Below are positions 1-9,286 of a DNA stretch of 64,000 nt, one piece after another (position 1 is the first letter of the stretch; every line of letters starts with the position of its first letter). The stretch is taken from positions 85,380 through 149,379 of the forward strand of contig CP064989.1 of the NCBI GenBank assembly GCA_016699875.1. The letters run 5' to 3'. The position numbers and the translations under genes were made by a program. The stretch comes from Candidatus Moraniibacteriota bacterium (GTDB taxonomy: Bacteria; Patescibacteriota; Minisyncoccia; Moranbacterales; UBA1568). Under the pieces are notes generated by a model. The model was not told the DNA's origin. It did not search any database and was given only the letters and a program-made list of their open reading frames with translations.

Positions 1-539
1 CTCCCGTATCGACAACAACGGATCATGCTCGGATACTTCCCTTGAGAGATGCAATTCAAGAGCTGCTGCAGATACATCGCATGATATGTCTGCGAGACAA
101 TGCAGGCAGCTGCGCGATCCATGTCGGCTTTCTGCAAATGTTTCCAGAAAATGCGAATGCTTGCTTCAATGTTCGAGGATACATGATCGACATAGACGCA
201 ACGTTCAGAAATTCCTTTCTGGACAAGCCACTGTTGTATGATGTTACAGACCAGGGCAGATTCCCCGTATACATCCGCACAGGAGATGCTCCCGGAAACA
301 AACATCGAGAATCCCCGCCTATTACTACGGCCAGAGTCGATTTTGTCGCATATCTTGTAGATGGCAAGCACCTCTTCAAGTCGCTTCAGCAACTCTCCGC
401 AAGGCATGCCATCTTTAATGATAGCTCCCTTGGCGCCAAATCCGGACACAAAGACCCGAACTTGACCATTTGCAAAGGTGTTTTCAGTGAAGAACATTTC
501 CCATCTCCTACGATTGATTTTTAAGACTACAATCCTCAT
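1..539 (-). CDS. DUF218 (YdcF/ElyC/SanA-like) protein. N-terminus at 539, C-terminus beyond the window start.
   Basis: Hand translation of the minus strand from ATG at 539 is open to position 1: MRIVVLKINRRRWEMFFTENTFANGQVRVFVSGFGAKGAII..LLKRLEEVLAIY..FVSGSIS..GES..VDHVSSNIEAS..IVSQTYHAMY. This matches the three DUF218 signature blocks (vlGgg..Rl..a..ly; E..S.nT.ENa; VTs.yHm.Ra). It is not in the ORF track because it runs off the edge, and it competes with the listed +strand ORF 42..524. Confidence 0.55.
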   Translation of the reverse strand, partial: MRIVVLKINRRRWEMFFTENTFANGQVRVFVSGFGAKGAIIKDGMPCGELLKRLEEVLAIYKICDKIDSGRSNRRGFSMFVSGSISCADVYGESALVCNIIQQWLVQKGISERCVYVDHVSSNIEASIRIFWKHLQKADMDRAAACIVSQTYHAMYLQQLLNCISQGKYPSMIRCCRYG

Positions 540-714
540 CGAAAACCCACCAAATAACATGATGGATTCCAAAAAGGCACTGTCGACAATATACCGTATT
601 TATAATCATTTGTCAATGATCTCAGACAAAAAAAGAAGCCCGGACACACGCTGGTCATCCGAGCCCCTACAAGCAATAGCGCCACCTAAGAACTAAAGAT
701 TCCACATACACACA

Positions 715-1269
715 TCAGCCGGTAATTTCGCCCCGTTCCTGTCGCTCCCTAACCATAGCACGAAACAACATCTCTCTTCTTGGCAGGGGACATTTTCTCT
801 CCAAGCGGAATGCCAATGGACAAGAGCAAGGGGACGCATTGGGACCGTTATAAAGATCTTTTATAACACACCCCTCTGAAAAAACACACAACTCACAGGA
901 GTTCGCCGGACAATACATGCCCCATGGAGCCGTAATACTGTCATGCAAACTTGTTTCCATTCGACTCCAAAATTCTTGAGAATCACTCTCTTGTTCTTCG
1001 TCAAATATGAAGATGAGGATATCCCTGGCGGTATGCACTTTCGTTAAAACATAGAATAGGGTATCTACCCTCCGATCCGTATGGAAAACAAGGTTAAATT
1101 CAACAATACCGATTCCCTCCTCCACAGGAAGAGATAGCGCCTCTCTCTGCAATTTGTAAATTTGACGCGCCAAAAACCTTGCTATCCCGGCATCAACTCG
1201 CCACGCACTCCCAATGGGGACTACATGCACACGGACTTGCTCTCCAGTGCCGATAGGATTGGTACTCAT
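715..1269 (-). CDS. Hypothetical cysteine-rich protein (C-terminal CxxSCxLC...CxxxxxxxxxxxxxCSC cluster)
   Basis: 184-aa ORF. No family recognised by eye. Cys-rich C-terminal third. Divergent from the GH94 gene. Confidence 0.4.
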   Translation of the reverse strand: MSTNPIGTGEQVRVHVVPIGSAWRVDAGIARFLARQIYKLQREALSLPVEEGIGIVEFNLVFHTDRRVDTLFYVLTKVHTARDILIFIFDEEQESDSQEFWSRMETSLHDSITAPWGMYCPANSCELCVFSEGCVIKDLYNGPNASPCSCPLAFRLERKCPLPRREMLFRAMVRERQERGEITG

Positions 1270-1523
1270 ACTCCCCTCCCAAATAGCTTGCCGTTGAAAA
1301 TGTTAAGGAAGATTCTGCTTCTGTTCGACATTCAAGAAAGACGGAACTTCCCGTCGAACGCACGCAGACGACTCTCCAAGAGTACACCGTACTCTATTAT
1401 TTGTCAATATACATGGACTATGTTCTCTTCTCAAAAGCAGTGCCGTTAAAGTATCGCGAGGAGTGCGCTATACTATAGGCATCACGTATACCTACCTCCT
1501 CTTGCATTTCTCTCGCCGCAACT

Positions 1524-4500
1524 ATGAAGCCCTGCCTTCCCGAAAACGAATACGTGCTTTCAAACGGATCGTTCGAATCGCATTTCAATGCGCTCGGGAA
1601 CGGATACCTCAAATCGCGCGAATGCTTCCTCACAAGCCACCGCCCTTCTTCGGACGATGGCCTCTTCTTCTTTGTAAGAGACGCCGATTCCGGAGCGTAT
1701 TGGTCGGCGACACCGGCACCGGTCTTTGCCCGTCCCGAACACTTCCGGATGAAAGTCGGCGCCCATTCAGCGCATATCGAGCGGCTCGACCATGGCATAG
1801 AAACCTCGCTCGATATCCTGCTGCCGAAGACTGGCAATTTCGAAATTCGCCGCCTCACCCTTACCAACCGTGACACAACCGTCCGGCGATTCGAGGTAAC
1901 CAGCTCCGTCGACATCATCCTCCTCTTCGACCGTCTTCGCGATTCCTATCACCAAACCTTTAGCAATATGTTTATCGGGGCCGAATTCAAAGAGGAGGAG
2001 CACGCCCTCCTCTACCATCGGCGATTCTTTGACAACCCAACGCACTTCCCATTTTTCATGCATCGGATATTCCTCGACGCGCCGGAGAACTTCCTCGGAT
2101 TCGAAACGGATCGTGAAGCATTCATCGGACGCGGACAGCCCTTTGGACGACCAATCGCCCTCAATCGCCCGCTCAAGAACACCGAAGGATACATACTCGA
2201 CCCGCTCGCCAATCTTCGGGCCGCTCTCACGCTGGAACCGGGCGAAAGCCATTCACTCTTCTTCTCCAATTCCGCTCACTTTCCGCCGGAACAACCCGAT
2301 CGCTTTTCGGAACAATTTCCGGATATCGGCGCCATCCGCACATTTTTCCACTCGGAGTTCGAGCGGGAGAATACCACTCGAAAAGATGTCCCCTGCGAAC
2401 GGGATGAGGTCGCCCCGCCAACGCCGCTCATCGAAAAACCCTCCGAAAACCTTCCCTTCAACTCCGAATCGCTTCTCTTCTGGAACGAATTCGGCGGCTT
2501 TGATCCGGATACGAATGAATACCGAATGCGCGTCTGTCCGGAGAATCTCCCGCCGCAGCCCTGGACAAATTTTCTCGCCAATCCCAATTTCGGTACCATG
2601 ACGACCGAAAACTCCCTCGGTACTACCTGGTTTAAAAACAGCAAGCACGGCCGTCTCACACCCTGGAGCAATAATCCCGTGAGCGACCCGCCAGCCGAGA
2701 TTCTCTTTATCCGGCAGAAAGATAGCGACGAGACCTGGTCGCTCACTCCGTCTCCTTTGCCAGCCTCGTCCGAATACCGGGTAACTCACGGAAGAGGCTT
2801 CACCAAATATGAAAGCGGGCGCAAATCGATTCACCACACGCTGACCGTCTCGGTGCATCCCGAACACGCCGTAAAATACCTCGCCATAGAGATTGAAAAC
2901 AGCGATGACAAACCGATCGATATCGATCTGATATTCTTCATGGACACCGCTCTCGATGCGTTCTCCGAAACCCCGGAACAAAAACATCCGCCGAAGCACG
3001 CTCCGACAGAAAATGTATTCCTCTTCGACGCCTCCGCATTCTCTCCGATTCGAAACCCGGAGTCAGTTCCATTTCATGTCGCCCTAACCGGAAGCGAACA
3101 CGTGCACTTGATCACGCGAAGCAAAGAACAGCTCTTCGGCATTTCCGGATCACTTTCCGTGCCAAAGCATATTCCGCATACAGAGAGCATCGCGAACCCG
3201 AAGTCTGCCACAGACGCCTGCATTGCCCTGGAAATGTCCGCCTCGATCAATCCCCGCGAAAAACACCGGGCGTTCTTTGCCATAGGCGTCGGAACAACGG
3301 AATCAGAGACACTCTCGCTCCTTCCGATCATCCGAAAGGAAATAGCGGCACAGTCGCCATTCTCGCTCGACACAGTGAGTCAATTTTGGAAACAAAACGA
3401 TACGCTGCCCTCCATCCAAACTCCGGATACATCACTCGATATCCTCTTCAATACATGGCTTCCCTATCAGACGCTCACTTCGCGCCTGTGGGCCAAGATG
3501 GGATTCTACCAACCCGGAGGCGCCTTCGGCTTTCGCGATCAACTTCAGGATTCGATGGCACTCTGGTATGTCAACCCGGAGATTACCGAGAAGCATATAC
3601 TCGCCGCCGCCGCCCAACAATTCGAAGACGGCAATGTCCGAGCCTGGTGGTCGCCAGACTCCGGGTATGGTGTCAAAAACGCAGCATCCGATCATCCGCT
3701 CTGGCTCGCCTGGAGCACCGCAGAATATATCCGCCTCTCCGGAAAAAACGATATTCTCGACCAAGATGCCCCCTTTCTCTCCACCGATCAGAATCAAGAT
3801 AAAGCAACGCTCTTCGACGTACAAAAACACAGGCCGTCGACCGTTTCCGCAACACTCCTCGAACACTGTCTCAGATCCATCGAGTTCGTATCCGTATTTG
3901 GCGTGCACGGACTTCCGGTTATCCGGAACGGTGACTGGAATGACGGCTTCAACCGAGTCGGCAATCAAGGAAAGGGCGAGAGCGTCTGGCTCGGATTTTT
4001 CTTATTCTCCGTCCTCGAGTCGTTTACGGCCATACTCGTCTCTCGAGGCGATATCCCCCGAGCGGACACACTCCGAAAACAATCCGCGACGCTCAAGCAG
4101 AACCTCAATACCCATGGCTGGGGCGGACACTGGTTTCTCCGCGCCTTCTACGACGATGGAACACCGCTCGGTTCCGAAAGCAGTCATGAGTGCCGCATTG
4201 ACGCGATTGCTCAGAGCTGGTCTGTTCTTTCCGCGGCAGGCGAGCGAGAGAAGCAGAAAGAGGCGCTGGAAAATCTCTGGCACTTTCTCTATGATCCCGA
4301 GTCAAAGATATTGAAACTCCTTGATCCGCCCTTCAATGACCTCTCCCGGAAGAATCCGGGCTATATCAAAGACTACCCGCCGGGCATACGGGAGAACGGA
4401 TCACAATACAATCACGCCGTTTTTTGGGCGGCGGAAGCATTTGCTGCTTTCGGAAATGCCGATCGCGTCTATACCCTCCTTGAATGCGCCAATCCAATCC

Positions 4501-4901
4501 GCCGTTCCGATTCAAAAAGCGCGGCACAGCTCTATGAGGTAGAGCCCTACGTGGTCGCCGCGGATATCTATTCCGCTGAACACCGCGGCAAAGGCGGATG
4601 GACATGGTATACCGCCTCAGCGGGACTCCTCTACCGGACCATCATCGAAACGCTCTTTGGCATTCACCTTACCGGCACTACTGTTTCATTTCATCCCTGC
4701 CTGCCGAAGACGTGGACACAGAGCTCAATCACGCTTCCGCTCGCACACGGTCGATACACATTTGTGTTCACCGCCCGAGCACATCACACGAATACGATAC
4801 AAAACATCGCACTCGACGGATCACCATTTAATGTATCTCAACCACCATACTCACTTCCAACCGATCAACAGGACCACCGATTTGAAATCTTCCTGAAATA
4901 G
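1524..4901 (+). CDS. Glycoside hydrolase family 94 (GT36) glycan phosphorylase, giant form (1125 aa; cellobiose/beta-1,2-oligoglucan phosphorylase-like)
   Basis: GH94 catalytic-region signature GFRDQLQDSMAL..VNPEITEKHILAAAAQQFEDGNV..WW, followed by the (alpha/alpha)6-barrel region motifs (NGDWNDG, YNHAVFWA). Roughly 170 aa longer N-terminally than the classical ~800-aa cellobiose phosphorylases. Confidence 0.8.
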   Translation: MKPCLPENEYVLSNGSFESHFNALGNGYLKSRECFLTSHRPSSDDGLFFFVRDADSGAYWSATPAPVFARPEHFRMKVGAHSAHIERLDHGIETSLDILLPKTGNFEIRRLTLTNRDTTVRRFEVTSSVDIILLFDRLRDSYHQTFSNMFIGAEFKEEEHALLYHRRFFDNPTHFPFFMHRIFLDAPENFLGFETDREAFIGRGQPFGRPIALNRPLKNTEGYILDPLANLRAALTLEPGESHSLFFSNSAHFPPEQPDRFSEQFPDIGAIRTFFHSEFERENTTRKDVPCERDEVAPPTPLIEKPSENLPFNSESLLFWNEFGGFDPDTNEYRMRVCPENLPPQPWTNFLANPNFGTMTTENSLGTTWFKNSKHGRLTPWSNNPVSDPPAEILFIRQKDSDETWSLTPSPLPASSEYRVTHGRGFTKYESGRKSIHHTLTVSVHPEHAVKYLAIEIENSDDKPIDIDLIFFMDTALDAFSETPEQKHPPKHAPTENVFLFDASAFSPIRNPESVPFHVALTGSEHVHLITRSKEQLFGISGSLSVPKHIPHTESIANPKSATDACIALEMSASINPREKHRAFFAIGVGTTESETLSLLPIIRKEIAAQSPFSLDTVSQFWKQNDTLPSIQTPDTSLDILFNTWLPYQTLTSRLWAKMGFYQPGGAFGFRDQLQDSMALWYVNPEITEKHILAAAAQQFEDGNVRAWWSPDSGYGVKNAASDHPLWLAWSTAEYIRLSGKNDILDQDAPFLSTDQNQDKATLFDVQKHRPSTVSATLLEHCLRSIEFVSVFGVHGLPVIRNGDWNDGFNRVGNQGKGESVWLGFFLFSVLESFTAILVSRGDIPRADTLRKQSATLKQNLNTHGWGGHWFLRAFYDDGTPLGSESSHECRIDAIAQSWSVLSAAGEREKQKEALENLWHFLYDPESKILKLLDPPFNDLSRKNPGYIKDYPPGIRENGSQYNHAVFWAAEAFAAFGNADRVYTLLECANPIRRSDSKSAAQLYEVEPYVVAADIYSAEHRGKGGWTWYTASAGLLYRTIIETLFGIHLTGTTVSFHPCLPKTWTQSSITLPLAHGRYTFVFTARAHHTNTIQNIALDGSPFNVSQPPYSLPTDQQDHRFEIFLK

Positions 4902-4906
4902 TAGCT

Positions 4907-5632
4907 ATGACGGTACCTCCCACACACACACCATCAAAAAACTCTTCAACCGACACGGATTCCGTTTGGATTGTTGTTCCAGCATATAACGAAGCGTCTG
5001 TCATTGCTTCGGTCATCGAAGAAATACACCGCGCCGGATATCGAAACATCATAGTCGTAGACGATGGAAGTACCGACCAAACAAACGCTGTCGCTCAGTC
5101 ATGCGGAGTCATCACGCTCCGGCACCGTCTCAATCGCGGCAAAGGCGCTGCCACCAAGACCGGCATCGAAGCAGCAAAGCTTTTGGGCGCAAACAGTATT
5201 GTTACAATGGATGGCGACGGACAGCATGATCCGGCAGATATTGAGAAACTTCTATACCCTCTCCGACAAAGAGGAATTGACGTTTCCCTCGGATCACGTC
5301 TTCTTCACCCAAAGGGAATGCCTCTGTACAAGATTATTCAGAATCGTATTGGAAACCTGATTACCTGGTATCTCTTCGGGCTCTATGTTACCGACAGCCA
5401 ATCCGGGTTTCGCGCCTATTCCCGACGTGCTGCCGATCTGATCAATACCCGCTACGACCGCTACGAATATGAAAGTGAAGTTATTCGGGAAATATACCTG
5501 TACAGACTGCGTTATATCGAGCTCCCGATCGCTGTTCGCTACACTGCGTACTCGATAGGAAAAATCTCCAAACAGAACCTCGCAAACGGCGTAAAAACCG
5601 TATACAAAATGTTCTTCAAATTACTTACCTAA
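4907..5632 (+). CDS. Glycosyltransferase family 2 (polyprenyl-phosphate sugar synthase / DPM1-like)
   Basis: N-terminal VWIVVPAYNEASVI..IIVVDDGSTDQT GT-A motif. Size is 241 aa, typical of the ArnC/DPM1-like subfamily. Confidence 0.85.
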   Translation: MTVPPTHTPSKNSSTDTDSVWIVVPAYNEASVIASVIEEIHRAGYRNIIVVDDGSTDQTNAVAQSCGVITLRHRLNRGKGAATKTGIEAAKLLGANSIVTMDGDGQHDPADIEKLLYPLRQRGIDVSLGSRLLHPKGMPLYKIIQNRIGNLITWYLFGLYVTDSQSGFRAYSRRAADLINTRYDRYEYESEVIREIYLYRLRYIELPIAVRYTAYSIGKISKQNLANGVKTVYKMFFKLLT

Positions 5633-5643
5633 ACAATTCCTCT

Positions 5644-5991
5644 ATGACAATCCATCTCTATCAAATCATCGTCGCCGTCATTTCTGTGATCATGATTTAC
5701 CAAGGAACCATCCGCTACATCAGGAAAGAAAGCGGGCAGACGATTCTCAAGGTATTTGTTCGACTCAGCGTATGGGGAGGCATGATCGCTATAACGGTTT
5801 TCCCCAATCTTACCAATCTCATTGCCAACTTCGTTGGATTGCAGGGCAATATAAATGCCGTCATTCTCACTGGGTTTCTCCTCATCTTTCTCATGATATT
5901 CAAGCTCCTCTCAGCAATAGAACGTCTCGAACAGAACATCACGGAAGTTACCAGGAAAGAAGCCATTTCCGTCTTAAAAGAAAGACGATGA
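5644..5991 (+). CDS. Small membrane protein, DUF2304-like (GT2-associated)
   Basis: 115 aa with two to three TM helices. Positioned immediately after the GT2 gene as in GT2-DUF2304 pairs. Its stop overlaps the start of the next gene (ATGA). Confidence 0.5.
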   Translation: MTIHLYQIIVAVISVIMIYQGTIRYIRKESGQTILKVFVRLSVWGGMIAITVFPNLTNLIANFVGLQGNINAVILTGFLLIFLMIFKLLSAIERLEQNITEVTRKEAISVLKERR

Positions 5992-7154
5992 ACGCATCAG
6001 GAAAAACATCGTTTCTTATCTTTTCCCCCTACTATCCGCCGCATATCGGCGGACTGGAGTCTCACGCCGACGAATTCAACAAGCATCTCTCACAGCGTGG
6101 GGTAGATATCATTGTTTTCACTCCTCATATCCCGGTCTCCGCGCCGGAACGCGAAACCATTCATAACCATGTGGAAGTCATCCGATTTCCGGCCTTTGAA
6201 CTCATTCATAATTATCCCGTACCAAAACTGTGGTCTCCGAAATTCTGGATCCTATGGCGGGAACTTTTCCGTTCGGATACCGATATTATAATTTCCAGAA
6301 CCAGATTCTTTCTCACTTCGCTCATGGCGCTCATTTATGCGAAAACGCGAGGAAAAAAATGGATACACATCGAACACGGATCTGATTTCGTTCAACTCTC
6401 CAGCGCATTCAAGACATTTCTTGCCAAACTCTACGACCATATATTCGGACGGCTTGTATTTCGATATTCCGACAAAAATATCTCGATTTCAAAAGCCGTA
6501 CAGAACTTCGTCGGAAAATTCGACAAACGAATGTCCCCTGTCATTTACAGAGGGCTGGAAACACGAGCAATCGACGCGATCGCGCCGGACACCGAAGTTC
6601 GCGCTCGGCATCACGGAAAAGTAATTCTCACTTTCATCGGGAGACTCTACAAATGGAAAGGCGTGGCGGACAGCATAACGGCGATACGCTCCTTGCCCGA
6701 AGAGATAAAGAATAAAATCGTTTTCCTTATTGTCGGAGACGGCGAAGATTTCTCATCACTCAAAAAACTTTCCCAAAGTGAAAAATGCATCGAAATGCTT
6801 GGAAGCCTCCCAACGAAACACGCGATCGCGATACTCAAATCATCGGATATATATCTCCACTCTGCCCATCCGGGAGGAGGACTTTCCACATCGCTTCTCG
6901 AAGCAATATACTGTGGATGCACCGTTGTCGCCACACCACATGAGGGCGCGAATGAAGTCATACGGAACGGAGAGAACGGTATCCTTATGGAGGATTCTTC
7001 CCCTATCAGTGTAAAAGTGGCTATCGCTAGCCTTCTCGCTAATAGTAGCCATAACGATGTCTCCCTAAAAAATCAGGCACGACAAACAATTACTGAAAAA
7101 TTTTCTTGGAAAAAATCGATCGACGAATATGTAGACATATTCAAAGCACTATGA
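5988..7154 (+). CDS. Glycosyltransferase family 4
   Basis: Start chosen at MNASGKTSFLIFSPYYPPHIGGLESH (GT4 N-terminal motif). C-terminal EA..CG.PVVAT-like motif. The track ORF begins further upstream (5772) but overlaps the DUF2304 gene in another frame. Confidence 0.75.
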   Translation: MNASGKTSFLIFSPYYPPHIGGLESHADEFNKHLSQRGVDIIVFTPHIPVSAPERETIHNHVEVIRFPAFELIHNYPVPKLWSPKFWILWRELFRSDTDIIISRTRFFLTSLMALIYAKTRGKKWIHIEHGSDFVQLSSAFKTFLAKLYDHIFGRLVFRYSDKNISISKAVQNFVGKFDKRMSPVIYRGLETRAIDAIAPDTEVRARHHGKVILTFIGRLYKWKGVADSITAIRSLPEEIKNKIVFLIVGDGEDFSSLKKLSQSEKCIEMLGSLPTKHAIAILKSSDIYLHSAHPGGGLSTSLLEAIYCGCTVVATPHEGANEVIRNGENGILMEDSSPISVKVAIASLLANSSHNDVSLKNQARQTITEKFSWKKSIDEYVDIFKAL

Positions 7155-7999
7155 GCTTAAAACCATTCATAAAAGTACCCCTCGTTCTCGTAGAGAATAT
7201 TATTTTTTCATTTTTTCCTTCTTCAAGAAAATTTATTGAAAGAATTGTTTTCAATCCGTACTCTTTTGGATTTAACCACTTGGAATATGCCAAAAAACAA
7301 TTCGATTCATTTCTTCTCAAAATCTCACCAACGCAAGTCCGCGACAAGATTATTCTAGAGCTTGGCCCTGGCGGATCCGTAGGATTCGGTCTGCTCGCCC
7401 TAAAGAGCGGTGCGAAAAGATATTACGCCATTGAAAATGGCGACCACACGAAGATAGATTCAAAAATATTCAAGGCCTACAAGAAGCTCCTCAATAATAA
7501 TGTTCACCTCATCTCAGAATTCTTTACTAAAAATTTTCACTTTAATCGTAAAAAAATCTGTTTCATTGAGAATGATCAGATCTCCCCATACAACATATCG
7601 GATAATTCCATCGATATAATATACTCCTGCGCTGTACTTGAGCATGTTCACAACTTGGACTTTTGCTTCTCGGAAATGACGAGAGTCTTGAAAAACGGCG
7701 GTATTATGAATCACCAAGTGGATTTAAGGGACCATATCTTCTCACAAAGAAGTATTTGGTTCTTAAAGATAAGCGATAGAATATTCAATGCCCTATTTTC
7801 AAAAACCGGTGAATACGTCAATAGAAAACGCTTCAGTTATTATATAGACCTTATCCGGAAGAATAACCTGCAGATAGTAAACGTAGAGAAAAACATCCTC
7901 TTCAACGGAGAGCTCGATCAAAACTTACTCAAGCGTTACACGGAGGACGACCTCCGAACACTCTCGATGAATATCACCCTCAAAAAATCATGCGCCTAG
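7151..7999 (+). CDS. Class I SAM-dependent methyltransferase
   Basis: ILELGPGGSVGFGLLALKSGAKRYYAIE motif I (GxGxG). ATGA overlap with the upstream GT4 gene. Confidence 0.7.
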   Translation: MSLKPFIKVPLVLVENIIFSFFPSSRKFIERIVFNPYSFGFNHLEYAKKQFDSFLLKISPTQVRDKIILELGPGGSVGFGLLALKSGAKRYYAIENGDHTKIDSKIFKAYKKLLNNNVHLISEFFTKNFHFNRKKICFIENDQISPYNISDNSIDIIYSCAVLEHVHNLDFCFSEMTRVLKNGGIMNHQVDLRDHIFSQRSIWFLKISDRIFNALFSKTGEYVNRKRFSYYIDLIRKNNLQIVNVEKNILFNGELDQNLLKRYTEDDLRTLSMNITLKKSCA

Positions 8000-9282
8000 A
8001 AGTTGATTCGCTCAAGCCATGGGCAAAAAAAAGCAAATGGATCATCGTCGCTTCCATATTTTTTATCGTGTGGAAATTCTTCCTGATTGATATCGAATTA
8101 GGAAACGGACTCGATAATCCGCGCTTCAATGATGCCTCCGTGTATATAGCCCACATCGAGAGCATCAGAAACTGTCCCACAATTATATTCTGCAAATCGT
8201 TCATTGAATCATTTGATGGATATTTTGGATTTGAACATCTCACCTATCGTATTTTCTTCGGAACACTCGCGATCATCTCCGAAATCAGCTCGCATGAAAT
8301 GTTTATTCAGAGTTTCTATATAGGCATCGTCCTTTTCCTCCCGGTGCTCATATTATTCTTGAAACGACTGAATTCAAACACAGATCTCATCGCCTTTTCA
8401 ATCTTCTTCCTTGCTCTCTACAACGGAGCGGGATCATATCATGGATTTTTCTGGGTTGTTCCGAGTTTCTTTGCGCTTCTTCTCTTTTTACTTGTTTTCT
8501 CCGTATTCATAACAGAAAATGTCCGCCACTGGCGGCTATTTCTCACTATCCTTGTACCGTCGATGATTTATACGCATTTCATAGGGCTCTACTTTATCAT
8601 CGTCCTCATATTTTATTCTATATTTCATGGTATTTTTAAAGGAAAAATTGATATCCCACTCATAAGAAAGCTTGGGTTCATCATTCTTATCACTGCACTG
8701 TTCTATATTCCTACCGCTTTTCATCTGAAGGATAGCCCCTACGGTGGAAACTCCTATGGTGTAGAAACTTTTCTTAAACCAGTCATAAAAACAGCGGCAC
8801 ACTACATCAAAAATCAAAACCAGATAAACAACCCATCCCAAAAGATTGGCGAACAACATAACTCGTCAATTCTTCCCGGATTCGCACAAATCAAAACGGA
8901 TTATCTTGATTGGGTATTCCCGCATTGGACGGCCGTTCTGATTTTCTTCTTTCTCCTGTTTATTTTATTCTTTTATAAGCAGCATATCCTTCTTTCCCTG
9001 TTTTTTTCATCGCTTTCCTTCACCCTTCTTTCGTCGGTAAGCATATACGGGATAAGATCTCTTCTCCTAACTTGGCCACTAACATTCCTCATCTGCGCCC
9101 ATGGAACATGGTTTGTTTTTCGCTTCCTCAAAGACTCTATAAAGAATAGAAGTCTCCTCTGGCCGTCTTATTCCGTGGTATCTCTTTCTGTTATACTCTT
9201 CATAGTTGCCAACATAATTTACTCTTACTCGTGGAGTCACGGATCTGCAGTGAGTATCAAAGAAATAATAAGGAATCTCTAA
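7990..9282 (+). CDS. Polytopic integral membrane protein (possible GT-C glycosyltransferase or polymerase; function unassigned)
   Basis: 430 aa, roughly 10-12 hydrophobic helices. Lies inside the glycan cluster. Confidence 0.55.
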   Translation: MRLEVDSLKPWAKKSKWIIVASIFFIVWKFFLIDIELGNGLDNPRFNDASVYIAHIESIRNCPTIIFCKSFIESFDGYFGFEHLTYRIFFGTLAIISEISSHEMFIQSFYIGIVLFLPVLILFLKRLNSNTDLIAFSIFFLALYNGAGSYHGFFWVVPSFFALLLFLLVFSVFITENVRHWRLFLTILVPSMIYTHFIGLYFIIVLIFYSIFHGIFKGKIDIPLIRKLGFIILITALFYIPTAFHLKDSPYGGNSYGVETFLKPVIKTAAHYIKNQNQINNPSQKIGEQHNSSILPGFAQIKTDYLDWVFPHWTAVLIFFFLLFILFFYKQHILLSLFFSSLSFTLLSSVSIYGIRSLLLTWPLTFLICAHGTWFVFRFLKDSIKNRSLLWPSYSVVSLSVILFIVANIIYSYSWSHGSAVSIKEIIRNL

Positions 9283-9286
9283 ATTT

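Noticed and set aside
42-524. 160-aa +strand ORF at window start
   Set aside because: Opposite strand carries DUF218 signature blocks. This ORF has none.
5772-5987. Upstream extension of the GT4 ORF to 5772
   Set aside because: Overlaps the DUF2304-like gene in another frame. The GT4 N-terminal motif begins right after the ATG at 5988, which overlaps the upstream stop (ATGA).
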